Positions 51,987 through 61,155 of a stretch of 64,000 bases of DNA are shown one piece after another. The stretch is from NCBI GenBank assembly GCA_963727895.1, contig CAVSHT010000003.1, forward strand, positions 128,001 through 192,000. The letters run 5' to 3'. The notes beneath the pieces were generated by a model that had not been told where the DNA came from, ran no database searches, and saw nothing but the letters and a program-made list of their open reading frames with translations. Position 1 is the first letter of the stretch. Every line of letters starts with the position of its first letter. A program made the translations under genes and the position numbers. Source of the DNA: an uncultured Methanosarcinaceae archaeon. Lineage in GTDB: Archaea; Halobacteriota; Methanosarcinia; Methanosarcinales; Methanosarcinaceae.

Positions 51987-53171
51987 ATGTCTAGTATCAA
52001 TTTCGAGGTAAAGAAAATTAGAGATCCTATTCATAAAACAATAGGACTCAGTGAATTAGAAATTGAAATTATTAATACCAGGGCTTTTCAAAGACTACGA
52101 AATATCAAACAACTTGGGTTAGTAAATTATGTATTTCCTGGGGCTGATTATACTAGATTTTCTCATTCTATAGGCGTTTGCCACCTTTCAGGGCAACTTT
52201 ATGATGCAATTCATAAAAAAAATGGAAAGACGCGAACAAATTATGAAGAAAAACAGAAATACCGACTTGCTGGGCTCTTACATGATATTGGGCACTATCC
52301 TTTTTCTCACGCAATGGACGAAGCTCTTGAATCAATATATAAAGATAGAAGTGAAGAGCTGGCTGGGCTAAAAATAAAAAAGGATTCTAAGAGACGCGAT
52401 GCTCATTCTGACCCCCATATATATACAACTCAAGTGAAATACTTGGATCACGAATCCGTAGGCAGAGAGATTTTATTAAATGATATTGAGATCTCAGAAA
52501 TTCTCAGTAGTTGGAAATTCAAATCTAAAGATATATACGATATATTCACACGTAATTTTGAATCTCTTCCCCCTGATGCAAATATGATTAGTTCGGATCT
52601 TGATGCAGACCGTTTAGACTATTTGTTGAGATCGGCTTATCATTTAGGATTGCCATATGGTTCTGCTGATGTTGAATATATATTGAGTCAATTAGAAATA
52701 GATAACGATAAGAAGATATGTTTAAACTCAAAAGCGATTAGAACTATTGACCATTTTTTATTATGTAGGTATTTTGATTACTCACAAGTAATCTATCATA
52801 AAACGGTCGCAGGGTTTGAAGAAGTACTAAAAAGAATAATTTTATTCTTTGTTGAAGAAACAAAAATTAAGTGTTCAATGGAAGACGTTATACAAAAAAT
52901 TAAGAATGGTGAGTGGTATGATTTTGATGATCACTACATTTTTTATTTAATAAAAGAGTATTATAATAAAGATGAAACTCCACCTCAAATAAAGTTAATG
53001 ATGAAATCAATTCTACTACGAAAACCACCAAAAGAAATTATAAAACTAGAATATATTCGAGATAGTAAAGAAAAGAAAAAGTTTCATGAAAAAATAAACA
53101 ACATGACAACTATTATCGATGATCTTAGTTGTCAATTCGACATTAATAAAAATAATGGCTTTGATACTTAA
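51987..53171 (+). CDS. HD-superfamily phosphohydrolase (YwfO/SAMHD1/dNTPase-like), C-terminus cut by IS copy 6 at 53157
   Basis: RDPIH, FQRLRNIKQLG, VFPGA.YTRFSHSIG, LLHDIGHYPFSH, DADRLDYLLR, QVIYHK; last four residues (GFDT) are IS-derived. Confidence 0.88.
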   Translation: MSSINFEVKKIRDPIHKTIGLSELEIEIINTRAFQRLRNIKQLGLVNYVFPGADYTRFSHSIGVCHLSGQLYDAIHKKNGKTRTNYEEKQKYRLAGLLHDIGHYPFSHAMDEALESIYKDRSEELAGLKIKKDSKRRDAHSDPHIYTTQVKYLDHESVGREILLNDIEISEILSSWKFKSKDIYDIFTRNFESLPPDANMISSDLDADRLDYLLRSAYHLGLPYGSADVEYILSQLEIDNDKKICLNSKAIRTIDHFLLCRYFDYSQVIYHKTVAGFEEVLKRIILFFVEETKIKCSMEDVIQKIKNGEWYDFDDHYIFYLIKEYYNKDETPPQIKLMMKSILLRKPPKEIIKLEYIRDSKEKKKFHEKINNMTTIIDDLSCQFDINKNNGFDT

Positions 53172-53896
53172 ACATAGTTATATACTATTAGAAAGTATAT
53201 TTCTTCATGAACTGCCCCAGATGCAATAGTTCCAGTCACAAAAAGAACGGTATAGTTGGCGGGCGTCAACGGTACAAATGCTCTGATTGTGGCTATAACT
53301 ATACAGTAGAGCTAAAATCAACTGCTTTTTCCGCTTTTGTAAAAAGACAGGCTTTACAACTCTATCTTGAAGGATTGGGCTTTCGTTCAATAGGACGATT
53401 TTTAGGGGTGAGTCATGTTTCTGTCCAAAGATGGATAAAGAAATTTGGTCAGGAGTTAGAGGACCTAAAAAGTGAAAATGAGATATCTATTGTTGAAATG
53501 GATGAAATGCACACTTACATCGGTAACAAAAAAAATATTGCTGGATCTGGATTGCTGTTGATAGAGTTGGGAAAAAGTTCATCAACTGCTCTTTTGGTAG
53601 CAGAGGAACAGAAACTGGAAAACTACTCTGGGAAAAAGTGAAGAAAAAAGAGATTGGAGAAGTAATGACAGATCACTGGAGAGCATATGCAGAGTTTCTT
53701 CCAGAAAAGAGTCATACTCAATCAAAAGCAGAAACATTTACAGTTGAGGGATATAACAGCATATTGAGGCATTTTCTAGCAAGATTGAGAAGAAAGACAA
53801 AGTGTTATACAAAAAGTCTTGAAATGCTAAAGTACTCGGTTATTCTATTGATGAAATACAGAAATAAAGAGTTAACTATGTTTAATTAACAATGCC
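53157..53896 (+). mobile_element. IS1-family insertion sequence, copy 6 (740 bp)
   Basis: Terminal IRs; insA 53207-53641; insB frame to 53889; no TSD (AAAATAAT vs AAATCAAT). Confidence 0.95.
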
Positions 53897-54042
53897 AAAT
53901 CAATTATTGAAAAACTCTATTTTTCAGATCAACATAATTATTTTTTTATTTATGGAATAGTATTAATATTGATTTAACATCTGTTTTTTGATAACAAATT
54001 TAAAGAATACTTTTTAATAATATTTGTGGATGGTAATTGTTC

Positions 54043-54405
54043 ATGGAAGATTTAATAATTTATTTACTGATTGGTTCAGCAGCAGGTATTTTAAGTGGAT
54101 TATTTGGGATTGGTGGTGGGACTATTATTATTCCTGCACTAGTTTTTTTACTAGGATTTTCTCAAATAAAAGCTCAGGGAACTTCTTTAGTCGCAATGCT
54201 TCCGCCGGTTGGCATACTTGCATTTCTTGAATACTATAAAAGAGGAAACACCGATTTATATGCGGGTATAATAATTTGTATTGCTATGGTTATTGGTGCA
54301 AAATTCGGGGCTCAAATTGCAAATGGACTCCCACTTGACGTATTGAGGAAAGCTTTTGGTATATTTGTTATTCTAATAGGAATAAAAACTTTTTTTGGAA
54401 AATAA
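54043..54405 (+). CDS. TauE/SafE (TSUP) family membrane protein, half-size
   Basis: G.LSGLFGIGGG.IIIP.L, AQGTSL, GAKFGA. Confidence 0.88.
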   Translation: MEDLIIYLLIGSAAGILSGLFGIGGGTIIIPALVFLLGFSQIKAQGTSLVAMLPPVGILAFLEYYKRGNTDLYAGIIICIAMVIGAKFGAQIANGLPLDVLRKAFGIFVILIGIKTFFGK

Positions 54406-54581
54406 GTATATTTTATTACCTAATCTATAATTAGTAACTATTTAATCTTTGCAAAATCGGTTTATACCAATCAAATATCCAAAAAAGAAATAATAAAAGA
54501 TCTTTAAAGATCCTTAATATGTATGATTTCGAAACTTGTCAAATGCTTTGCAGCTCAACAAATCTCAAAAAAGAAATGAAC

Positions 54582-56321
54582 TTAAGATGAAGAATATTTT
54601 TTCTTCGTATTTCGTGTATCTCTTGTATTACCTGTGCTGTTCTTATTGCGAGAGTCGCTGCGAGAGCCATTGCGAGAGCCATTGCGAGAGCCGTTGCGAG
54701 CGCCACCGCGATATTCACCATCATTCTTCGAGCTTCTTCCTTTTGATTTTTGGGCAACCTCTATAAAGGGCTTTCGACCTCTCTTTTTATCTTTAAAGAT
54801 TTCTAGAAGAGTTGAAGCCTGAGCAAATGGTACAGTTACAAAAGAAAAGTGAGGAAAAATTTCTGCATCTCTTATTTTTAGGTCCTTTTCTCCTGTTTCT
54901 TCCTGCATAAACTCACACAACTTTTCAGGGGTCATGCCGTCGACTTTACCCATTGCGATGAACAACCTGGTTTTACCTTTCCGGTCGACGTACGAACTTT
55001 CGGAGATCTCTGCATACATGCTTTCGTCAAACATTTCCTTGAAAGAGTACTTAAGGAGGGCAGCAAGTATTTTTTCGGCTGGGTATTCTTCAAGAAGTTT
55101 TTCGCTCATCTCAAGGCAGTCGCCGTATTCTTCAGTTTTTATAGTTTCTTCGAGTTCGGTTTTTACTCTTGACCTTTTGGCTTTTATTACATCTTTTATT
55201 TCAGGAATTCGACCTTTCTTCATTTCAGACTTTGAGGTCTTTTTTATGTAGGTTAGCCGCCTGTATTCTGTGGATGTAACGAAAGTAATTGCAGTTCCCT
55301 GTTTTCCTGCACGGCCTGTTCTTCCTATTCTATGCACATAGGACTCTGGATCTTGAGGCAAAGAATAGTTAATTACATGGGTAAGGTCCATGATATCAAT
55401 ACCCCTGGCTGCAACGTCAGTTGCGACGAGGATATTTATTTTTTGTTTTCTAAACCGGTTCAGGATTTTTTCTCTCTCATTCTGGGAAAGATCACCATGT
55501 AAAGCATCGGCTGTATATCCCCTGTCTCCAAGCTTTTGGGCAACTTGAGCGGTATCGGTTTTTGTTCTACAGAACACAAGCCCGTAGAATTCGTCTTCAA
55601 TATCAATGATCCTGCACAGGGCTTCAAATTTATCGCTTTCCTGGACTTCGAAGTAAATCTGCTCGGTCAAGCTTGTAGTAAGATCTTCGTTCTCAATGAC
55701 AACATGCTCATAGTTTTTCATGTATTTCTTGACAATTCCAAGAATTTGTTTTGGCATTGTAGCTGAAAAAAAAAGCATTCTTTTTTCAGGTCCTGTTGCC
55801 TTCAAGATTTCTTTAATATCATCAATGAAACCCATATTAAGCATTTCGTCGGCTTCATCCAGCACAAAATAAGCTATGTGCTCAAGATTCATACTCTTTC
55901 GTTCAAGATGGTCGATGACCCTTCCTGGAGTCCCTACAACAATGTCAACTCCATTTTTTAACATCTTGAGCTGCTGGGTCATGGATTGTCCCCCATAAAT
56001 TGGGACTATATGCAGTTTTTTGTCCCCTTTCAAGGAATTAAGCTCTTCTGAAACCTGTATTGCCAATTCTCGGGTTGGGGTCAGGATTATTGCCTGTACC
56101 TTTCCTGATTTCTCAGAAATTTTTTCTATAATGGGAGCTCCGAAAGCCGTTGTTTTCCCTGTTCCGGTTTGAGCCTGCCCTATAATATCACATTCTCCTT
56201 TCAAAAAAAGTGGGATAACTTTTTCCTGAATTGGGGTTGGTTCTTCAAACCCTTTCTTTTTGAAGGCTTTTAACGTACTGTCTGAAAGCCCCAATGCCTT
56301 AAATTTTGCTAGTTTTTCCAT
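54582..56321 (-). CDS. deaD: DEAD-box RNA helicase with DbpA-type RNA-binding domain
   Basis: PTPIQ, AQTGTGKT, PTRELA, DEAD, SAT, ARGID, HRIGRTGRAG; RNGS repeats in the tail. Confidence 0.93.
   Translation of the reverse strand: MEKLAKFKALGLSDSTLKAFKKKGFEEPTPIQEKVIPLFLKGECDIIGQAQTGTGKTTAFGAPIIEKISEKSGKVQAIILTPTRELAIQVSEELNSLKGDKKLHIVPIYGGQSMTQQLKMLKNGVDIVVGTPGRVIDHLERKSMNLEHIAYFVLDEADEMLNMGFIDDIKEILKATGPEKRMLFFSATMPKQILGIVKKYMKNYEHVVIENEDLTTSLTEQIYFEVQESDKFEALCRIIDIEDEFYGLVFCRTKTDTAQVAQKLGDRGYTADALHGDLSQNEREKILNRFRKQKINILVATDVAARGIDIMDLTHVINYSLPQDPESYVHRIGRTGRAGKQGTAITFVTSTEYRRLTYIKKTSKSEMKKGRIPEIKDVIKAKRSRVKTELEETIKTEEYGDCLEMSEKLLEEYPAEKILAALLKYSFKEMFDESMYAEISESSYVDRKGKTRLFIAMGKVDGMTPEKLCEFMQEETGEKDLKIRDAEIFPHFSFVTVPFAQASTLLEIFKDKKRGRKPFIEVAQKSKGRSSKNDGEYRGGARNGSRNGSRNGSRSDSRNKNSTGNTRDTRNTKKKYSSS
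54646..54700 (-). repeat. 12-bp coding tandem repeat (RNGS) in the helicase tail
   Basis: TGCGAGAGCCAT-like units, about 4. Confidence 0.8.
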
Positions 56322-56924
56322 GTACTCACTCTAATATTGACAATTTTTTTACAGATCGTGCAATTTGCAGAACTGCTGGTTATACTCTATACCTCATACC
56401 CGGCAGTATCCTTTGCGGAAGAGGCCACTTATTAAGACCGGTACATGATACCAACTAAAAAAAGGTAAACACGCCGTATAAATGGTTAATATCCCCGGGA
56501 ATGCGAGACGGTGCCTAAGAACCAGGGAAATTCACAACCAATATACATAAACTTATACTGCAAAAATTCGATTTTTTTGGATAAGTTCTAGACGCTTTTT
56601 TGAGTTCTTCCCTGTGATACAGGCAGACTAAATTATCTAATTTTATCTAATTAAATAATATAAAGTACATAACCTTTGATTTGAATGTTATCCTGTAACT
56701 CTTTTTCCTATATATAACCCTTTGCTATTCCTCTAACCGATTTTTTATAATAAAGCTTTCTATTATCCTGAAAAAAGTCTTTTAGCCAGATGCCATTGGT
56801 TTTTTTGGATGACTAATACTATGAATAATATACTGACTAATATGCTTAGAGATAACAATAATATCTGCAACCATTATTATATATTTATTTATATATTAAC
56901 CTTGGGGGTAACATGAAAGTTTAT

Positions 56925-57368
56925 TCAATAATACCAGCCATGAAAGCATAGTTCATCGGTCAGCATTTCTTTAAGGAGGTTTAGCCTTTCAATTGAATTC
57001 CTTATTTGTTCTGGTTTATCCAGTAATTCTTCACATCCGGTTTCTTCCTGTATTGTTGTGATTCTTAAAAGTTCTGAAAAATTTACGCATTCATCCAAAA
57101 AGCTGTTGAACAGTTTGCGAGCCTTTATTAGATCTTCTGATGTCCTGAAATCAGGCTGAACAGTTTTTTCATATTCTGCTCTTTGTTTCATCTCTGAGAC
57201 CAGAAGACGAGACTCAACATAATCTTTGGCATTCAGAATGTCTCCGAGTTTTCTGAGATCTGTCCCTATATACTGGGTAAAGTAAGCAATTTCAAAGGTC
57301 CACCTTTTGTCAAAATTAGTTTCTGGCCCCTCATTGATAAAAGGAATTTTACTTGTCAGCAGGTTCAT
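56925..57368 (-). CDS. Hypothetical helical protein
   Basis: AGGAG directly before ATG; 147 aa. Confidence 0.65.
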   Translation of the reverse strand: MNLLTSKIPFINEGPETNFDKRWTFEIAYFTQYIGTDLRKLGDILNAKDYVESRLLVSEMKQRAEYEKTVQPDFRTSEDLIKARKLFNSFLDECVNFSELLRITTIQEETGCEELLDKPEQIRNSIERLNLLKEMLTDELCFHGWYY

Positions 57369-57971
57369 CTCCTGTTTCTCTTCGCTTTCAATATTAACAT
57401 GCTAGAGAATATAATAAAAGCTTAACTAAATTATCTAGCTTTATAGTTTATTATCAGAAGACTATATAGGGATGATATCATTCCTAACTAATTTAACTGA
57501 CACTGCCGAAGCATTAAGAAAATAATAAATTAAATCTGTGCGATCAGTCAATTTTGATTGAAATTGAAAAAATTAATTGTACTCTCTTACAAATAGCCTT
57601 TTTGGTCTTTATTTATGAGTTTTATGTTTATATTATCTTAAAGAAAGCTTTTGTTCATGAGTCCGTAAAATCGAAAAATGAGTCAGTAAACAGAAAATTG
57701 CCTCAGTTATTGCTTTTTTTGTTCATAGCAACAATTTTTCATATTGGCTACATAAAAATATTCTATTGAGAATGATATAAAAGTTGCTGTAAATCTAAAT
57801 ATTTTGTTTACGTAAAGTGAAAAAACGGTATTAGAAGAGTAAGCAACAACTTTAGACCAGCGAATATTCATTATTGTTTTTCAGATTATATTATTTGAAA
57901 AATGAAAAAACATTCTTCAAAAAATTAAAAAAGCAGTATCAAAAAAGAATTAATTTAAAAATTAAATATTC

Positions 57972-58340
57972 TTATTTTGAAGGCTCTACTTTTGGAGCTT
58001 TTGGCTTGTCTACTATTGGAACCGATATCTTAATAAATTCCTTAGCACCAGTCTTTGCTCTTTCGTTAGAGATTGATAAACAATCTTTTGGGCAGCCGTT
58101 TACGCATTCAGTGCACATAATGCATCTAAATACATTAAGTTCCCATGTCTTATTGGCTTTAGTAACTGTTATTGCATCAGGGGGACATTTCTTTTGACAT
58201 AATCCACAGAGAATACAGTTCTCAGGGTTAAAAACAATCCTCCCTTTAAACTCCTTAAAAGGTTCCCTTATCTCGAAGGGGTAAAGTCTGGTAGCAGGTT
58301 TACGAGAAATATTTGTTAATACAAGGTTTAACATACCCAT
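57972..58340 (-). CDS. echF: Ech hydrogenase subunit F (2x[4Fe-4S])
   Basis: CILCGLCQKKCP and CIMCTECVNGCP; operon position. Confidence 0.93.
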   Translation of the reverse strand: MGMLNLVLTNISRKPATRLYPFEIREPFKEFKGRIVFNPENCILCGLCQKKCPPDAITVTKANKTWELNVFRCIMCTECVNGCPKDCLSISNERAKTGAKEFIKISVPIVDKPKAPKVEPSK

Positions 58341-58355
58341 TATATCACCCTCTTC

Positions 58356-59432
58356 TTATCTTTCAGTGCAGCTAACGCAGGGATCTATAGTAAGCACAAC
58401 TATAGGCACATCAGCGAGTTTGACGCCTGGTAACATAAGTAGCAGTGAAGGTATGTTTGCAAAGGTAGGAGTCCTAATTTTAAGTCTTTCTAAGTTTTTA
58501 GTACCATTACCTTTCACATAATATACAACTTCACCTCTGGGCTGCTCTGTTCTTATAATAGCTTCTCCAGTAGGGAAGCCTTTAACACGTGTTGCAATCT
58601 CACCATCAGGCATCTTGGAGATTGCATTTCTTACGATAGTAATAGAATTATATAGCTCAGTGATTCTTACTTTAGTTCTGGCGTAACAATCTCCATCCTT
58701 TTCAACAGCCGTCTTAAAACCGAGATCCTTATAAATATCCCAGTCTGATGTCTCTCTCACGTCAATAGCGTTCCCACTTCCTCTAAGTGTAGGGCCAGCT
58801 GTTCCAGCTTCGTACGCTAGTTGCTTTGACATTGTAGCTAATCCCACAAGTCTTTGCTTAACCGTGTAATTGTTTACAAACACCTTTTCAACATTTTTAA
58901 TCTCAGTTTCCAGTGAATCGCACATTTTCAAAAGCATATCAATATGCTCTTTAGTCAGATCTCTAGTAACTCCTCCAACTTTGGATATTGAATGTATAAC
59001 TCTGTTTCCAGTGATTCTTTCCGCTACATCCAGTACTTCTTCTCTGTACTTCCAGCATTCATAAAAGAGGCTTTCAAACCCAAAACCATCGGCAAACAAG
59101 CCAAGCCAGAGGAGGTGACTGTGAAGCCTGTTAAGTTCACCAACTATTACTCTGATGTACTGTGCTCTTTCAGGGATTTCAGTGTCAAATAGTTTTTCGA
59201 CTGCCCGTGTATAAGTTATACCATGAAGGGCACTGCATATCCCACATATTCTCTCACAAATGTAGGTAGTTTGATTATAGTCCTTTGTATCTATGAATTT
59301 TTCAAGCCCTCTATGAACGTAGCCCAATGAGGGAAGTACTCCAACAACAACATCATTATCAATTTCAAGTTTTAACGATATTGGTTCAGGTAAAACTGGA
59401 TGTTGAGGACCAAAAGGTATTATAGTTGTCAT
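58356..59432 (-). CDS. echE: Ech hydrogenase large [NiFe] subunit
   Basis: GPQHP, ERICGIC, DPCVSCTER. Confidence 0.96.
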   Translation of the reverse strand: MTTIIPFGPQHPVLPEPISLKLEIDNDVVVGVLPSLGYVHRGLEKFIDTKDYNQTTYICERICGICSALHGITYTRAVEKLFDTEIPERAQYIRVIVGELNRLHSHLLWLGLFADGFGFESLFYECWKYREEVLDVAERITGNRVIHSISKVGGVTRDLTKEHIDMLLKMCDSLETEIKNVEKVFVNNYTVKQRLVGLATMSKQLAYEAGTAGPTLRGSGNAIDVRETSDWDIYKDLGFKTAVEKDGDCYARTKVRITELYNSITIVRNAISKMPDGEIATRVKGFPTGEAIIRTEQPRGEVVYYVKGNGTKNLERLKIRTPTFANIPSLLLMLPGVKLADVPIVVLTIDPCVSCTER

Positions 59433-59454
59433 GTTATTCTCCTCATGAATTTCT

Positions 59455-59808
59455 TTAGGCTAAGGGAGTTTTTGGACTGTTTGGTGTCAGATAAAGGTGG
59501 CCCTTATAGTCTATTGCTAAACCTTCAAAAGTCAATCCAAAGAGATCCTGGTATTCATTTTCGATTAAAAGCGCACACAAATAAATGCCTGACATGCTCT
59601 TTGGTTTTTCACCTGGCTTCACAAAATATCTCAAATTTTTCAATATATTATCTTTTTCAAATATATACAAAAACTCATGTCCTTCGTTAGCTTTCAGGCA
59701 TATCATAGTAGAATATCGATAGCCATCTTTTTTTAAGCCCTCAACAGTTTTTAGCAGTTCTCCGCTGCTTTTTATATCTGTCACATTTTGAATCACATTA
59801 TCAAGCAT
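59455..59808 (-). CDS. echD: Ech hydrogenase subunit D
   Basis: NuoC-like ENEYQDLFG; operon position. Confidence 0.9.
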   Translation of the reverse strand: MLDNVIQNVTDIKSSGELLKTVEGLKKDGYRYSTMICLKANEGHEFLYIFEKDNILKNLRYFVKPGEKPKSMSGIYLCALLIENEYQDLFGLTFEGLAIDYKGHLYLTPNSPKTPLA

Positions 59809-60271
59809 TCGATGGCACCTCGTTTCCTTTCAATTTTACTTCTTTTCCTTTGATGTTCCCTTTCTTCTTATTTTCAAGTATTGAAAGTGCTGCTACTACT
59901 CCATCAAGTATGGCTTCAGGCCTTGGGCAACATCCGGGAACATATGCATCTACGGGTATGACCTGGTCTACTCCGCCTACTACATTATAGCAATCGTGGA
60001 ATATTCCGCCTGTAGATGCACAGGCACCTACAGCTAGAACAACTTTTGGATCCGGAATCTGGTTATAAAGATTTTTAAGCACATTTACATTTTTATAATT
60101 CACCGAGCCTGTAACCACCATTATATCAGCTTGCTTTGGAGTTCCTATATTTAAAACCCCAAATCTTTCAGCATCATATAGGGGAGTAAGACAGGCCACT
60201 ACTTCAATATCACAGCCATTGCAACTGTTACAGTTAACATGTATAATCCATGGGGATTTTGCCAAACTCAT
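59801..60271 (-). CDS. echC: Ech hydrogenase small subunit
   Basis: SCNGCDIE, GAC, PGCCPRP. Confidence 0.95.
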   Translation of the reverse strand: MSLAKSPWIIHVNCNSCNGCDIEVVACLTPLYDAERFGVLNIGTPKQADIMVVTGSVNYKNVNVLKNLYNQIPDPKVVLAVGACASTGGIFHDCYNVVGGVDQVIPVDAYVPGCCPRPEAILDGVVAALSILENKKKGNIKGKEVKLKGNEVPSNA

Positions 60272-60285
60272 AAATGTCCCTCTTT

Positions 60286-61155
60286 TTAAGCTAATTTTAC
60301 TCCGCTAATATACAGGAATGCTATGTTTATAATCGAAAGTATTAGCAGGACTGACCAACTCAGTTTGAGCATCCACTGCCAGTATACTCTTGCAGTAATG
60401 TTATCTATAACAATTACAAGCAAGTAAGCAATGATGCCTATAAGCACACCTATTATTGGGGTTGATGCCCAGAATAAGAATATGAGTCCTGTTAAAAACA
60501 CATATTCATAAAAGTGTGCAATCTCAATGGTTCCAAACCCTGGCCCTGAATATTCGGTTGTCATACCTTTAACCAGTTCTTGGTGACCATGGTGAGAGGT
60601 TGAATAGTCAAAGGGTGATTTTTTCAATTTTATATTCAGAACAACTATCATTGCTATGAATATAAGAGGCGTATACATCAGCAGAGGGGATGATGCACCT
60701 ACTATTCCAGATAGCTTGAATGTACCGGTAAGCAGGTATATTGCAAGAGCATATAATATTAAAATGGGTTCATAGGACAGTACAGCCATAATTTCCCTTG
60801 AACTTCCTACTCTGGCGTATGGAGAACCAGTGCTCATTCCTCCTACAATTAGAGCTACCGAAGCTACTGTGTAGACGAATATTATCATCAATATATCTTG
60901 TTTAAAAACTAACATCAAGAGACTCAAAACTATAAAGACAAGATACACGATTACGTAAAAATTTTGAGATGGATTTACAACCATATTGTCTTTGCTGAAG
61001 AGCTTCTTAACATCATAGTATGGCTGCAAAAGAGGAGGACCTACTCTACCTTGTAATCTTGCAGTGATTCTCCTATCAACTCCTGAAGCTATACAGCCAA
61101 GGATAGGAGCACCAATTACAACAAGGATAATTGTTAAAATATCACTTATATTCAT
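60286..61155 (-). CDS. echB: Ech hydrogenase membrane subunit B
   Basis: NuoH-like ARLQGRVGPP, PFD, EYSG. Confidence 0.94.
   Translation of the reverse strand: MNISDILTIILVVIGAPILGCIASGVDRRITARLQGRVGPPLLQPYYDVKKLFSKDNMVVNPSQNFYVIVYLVFIVLSLLMLVFKQDILMIIFVYTVASVALIVGGMSTGSPYARVGSSREIMAVLSYEPILILYALAIYLLTGTFKLSGIVGASSPLLMYTPLIFIAMIVVLNIKLKKSPFDYSTSHHGHQELVKGMTTEYSGPGFGTIEIAHFYEYVFLTGLIFLFWASTPIIGVLIGIIAYLLVIVIDNITARVYWQWMLKLSWSVLLILSIINIAFLYISGVKLA

Noticed and set aside
54536..54766. Cys/His-rich (CESH) ORF resembling a metallothionein
   Set aside because: Antisense reading of the helicase RNGS repeat.
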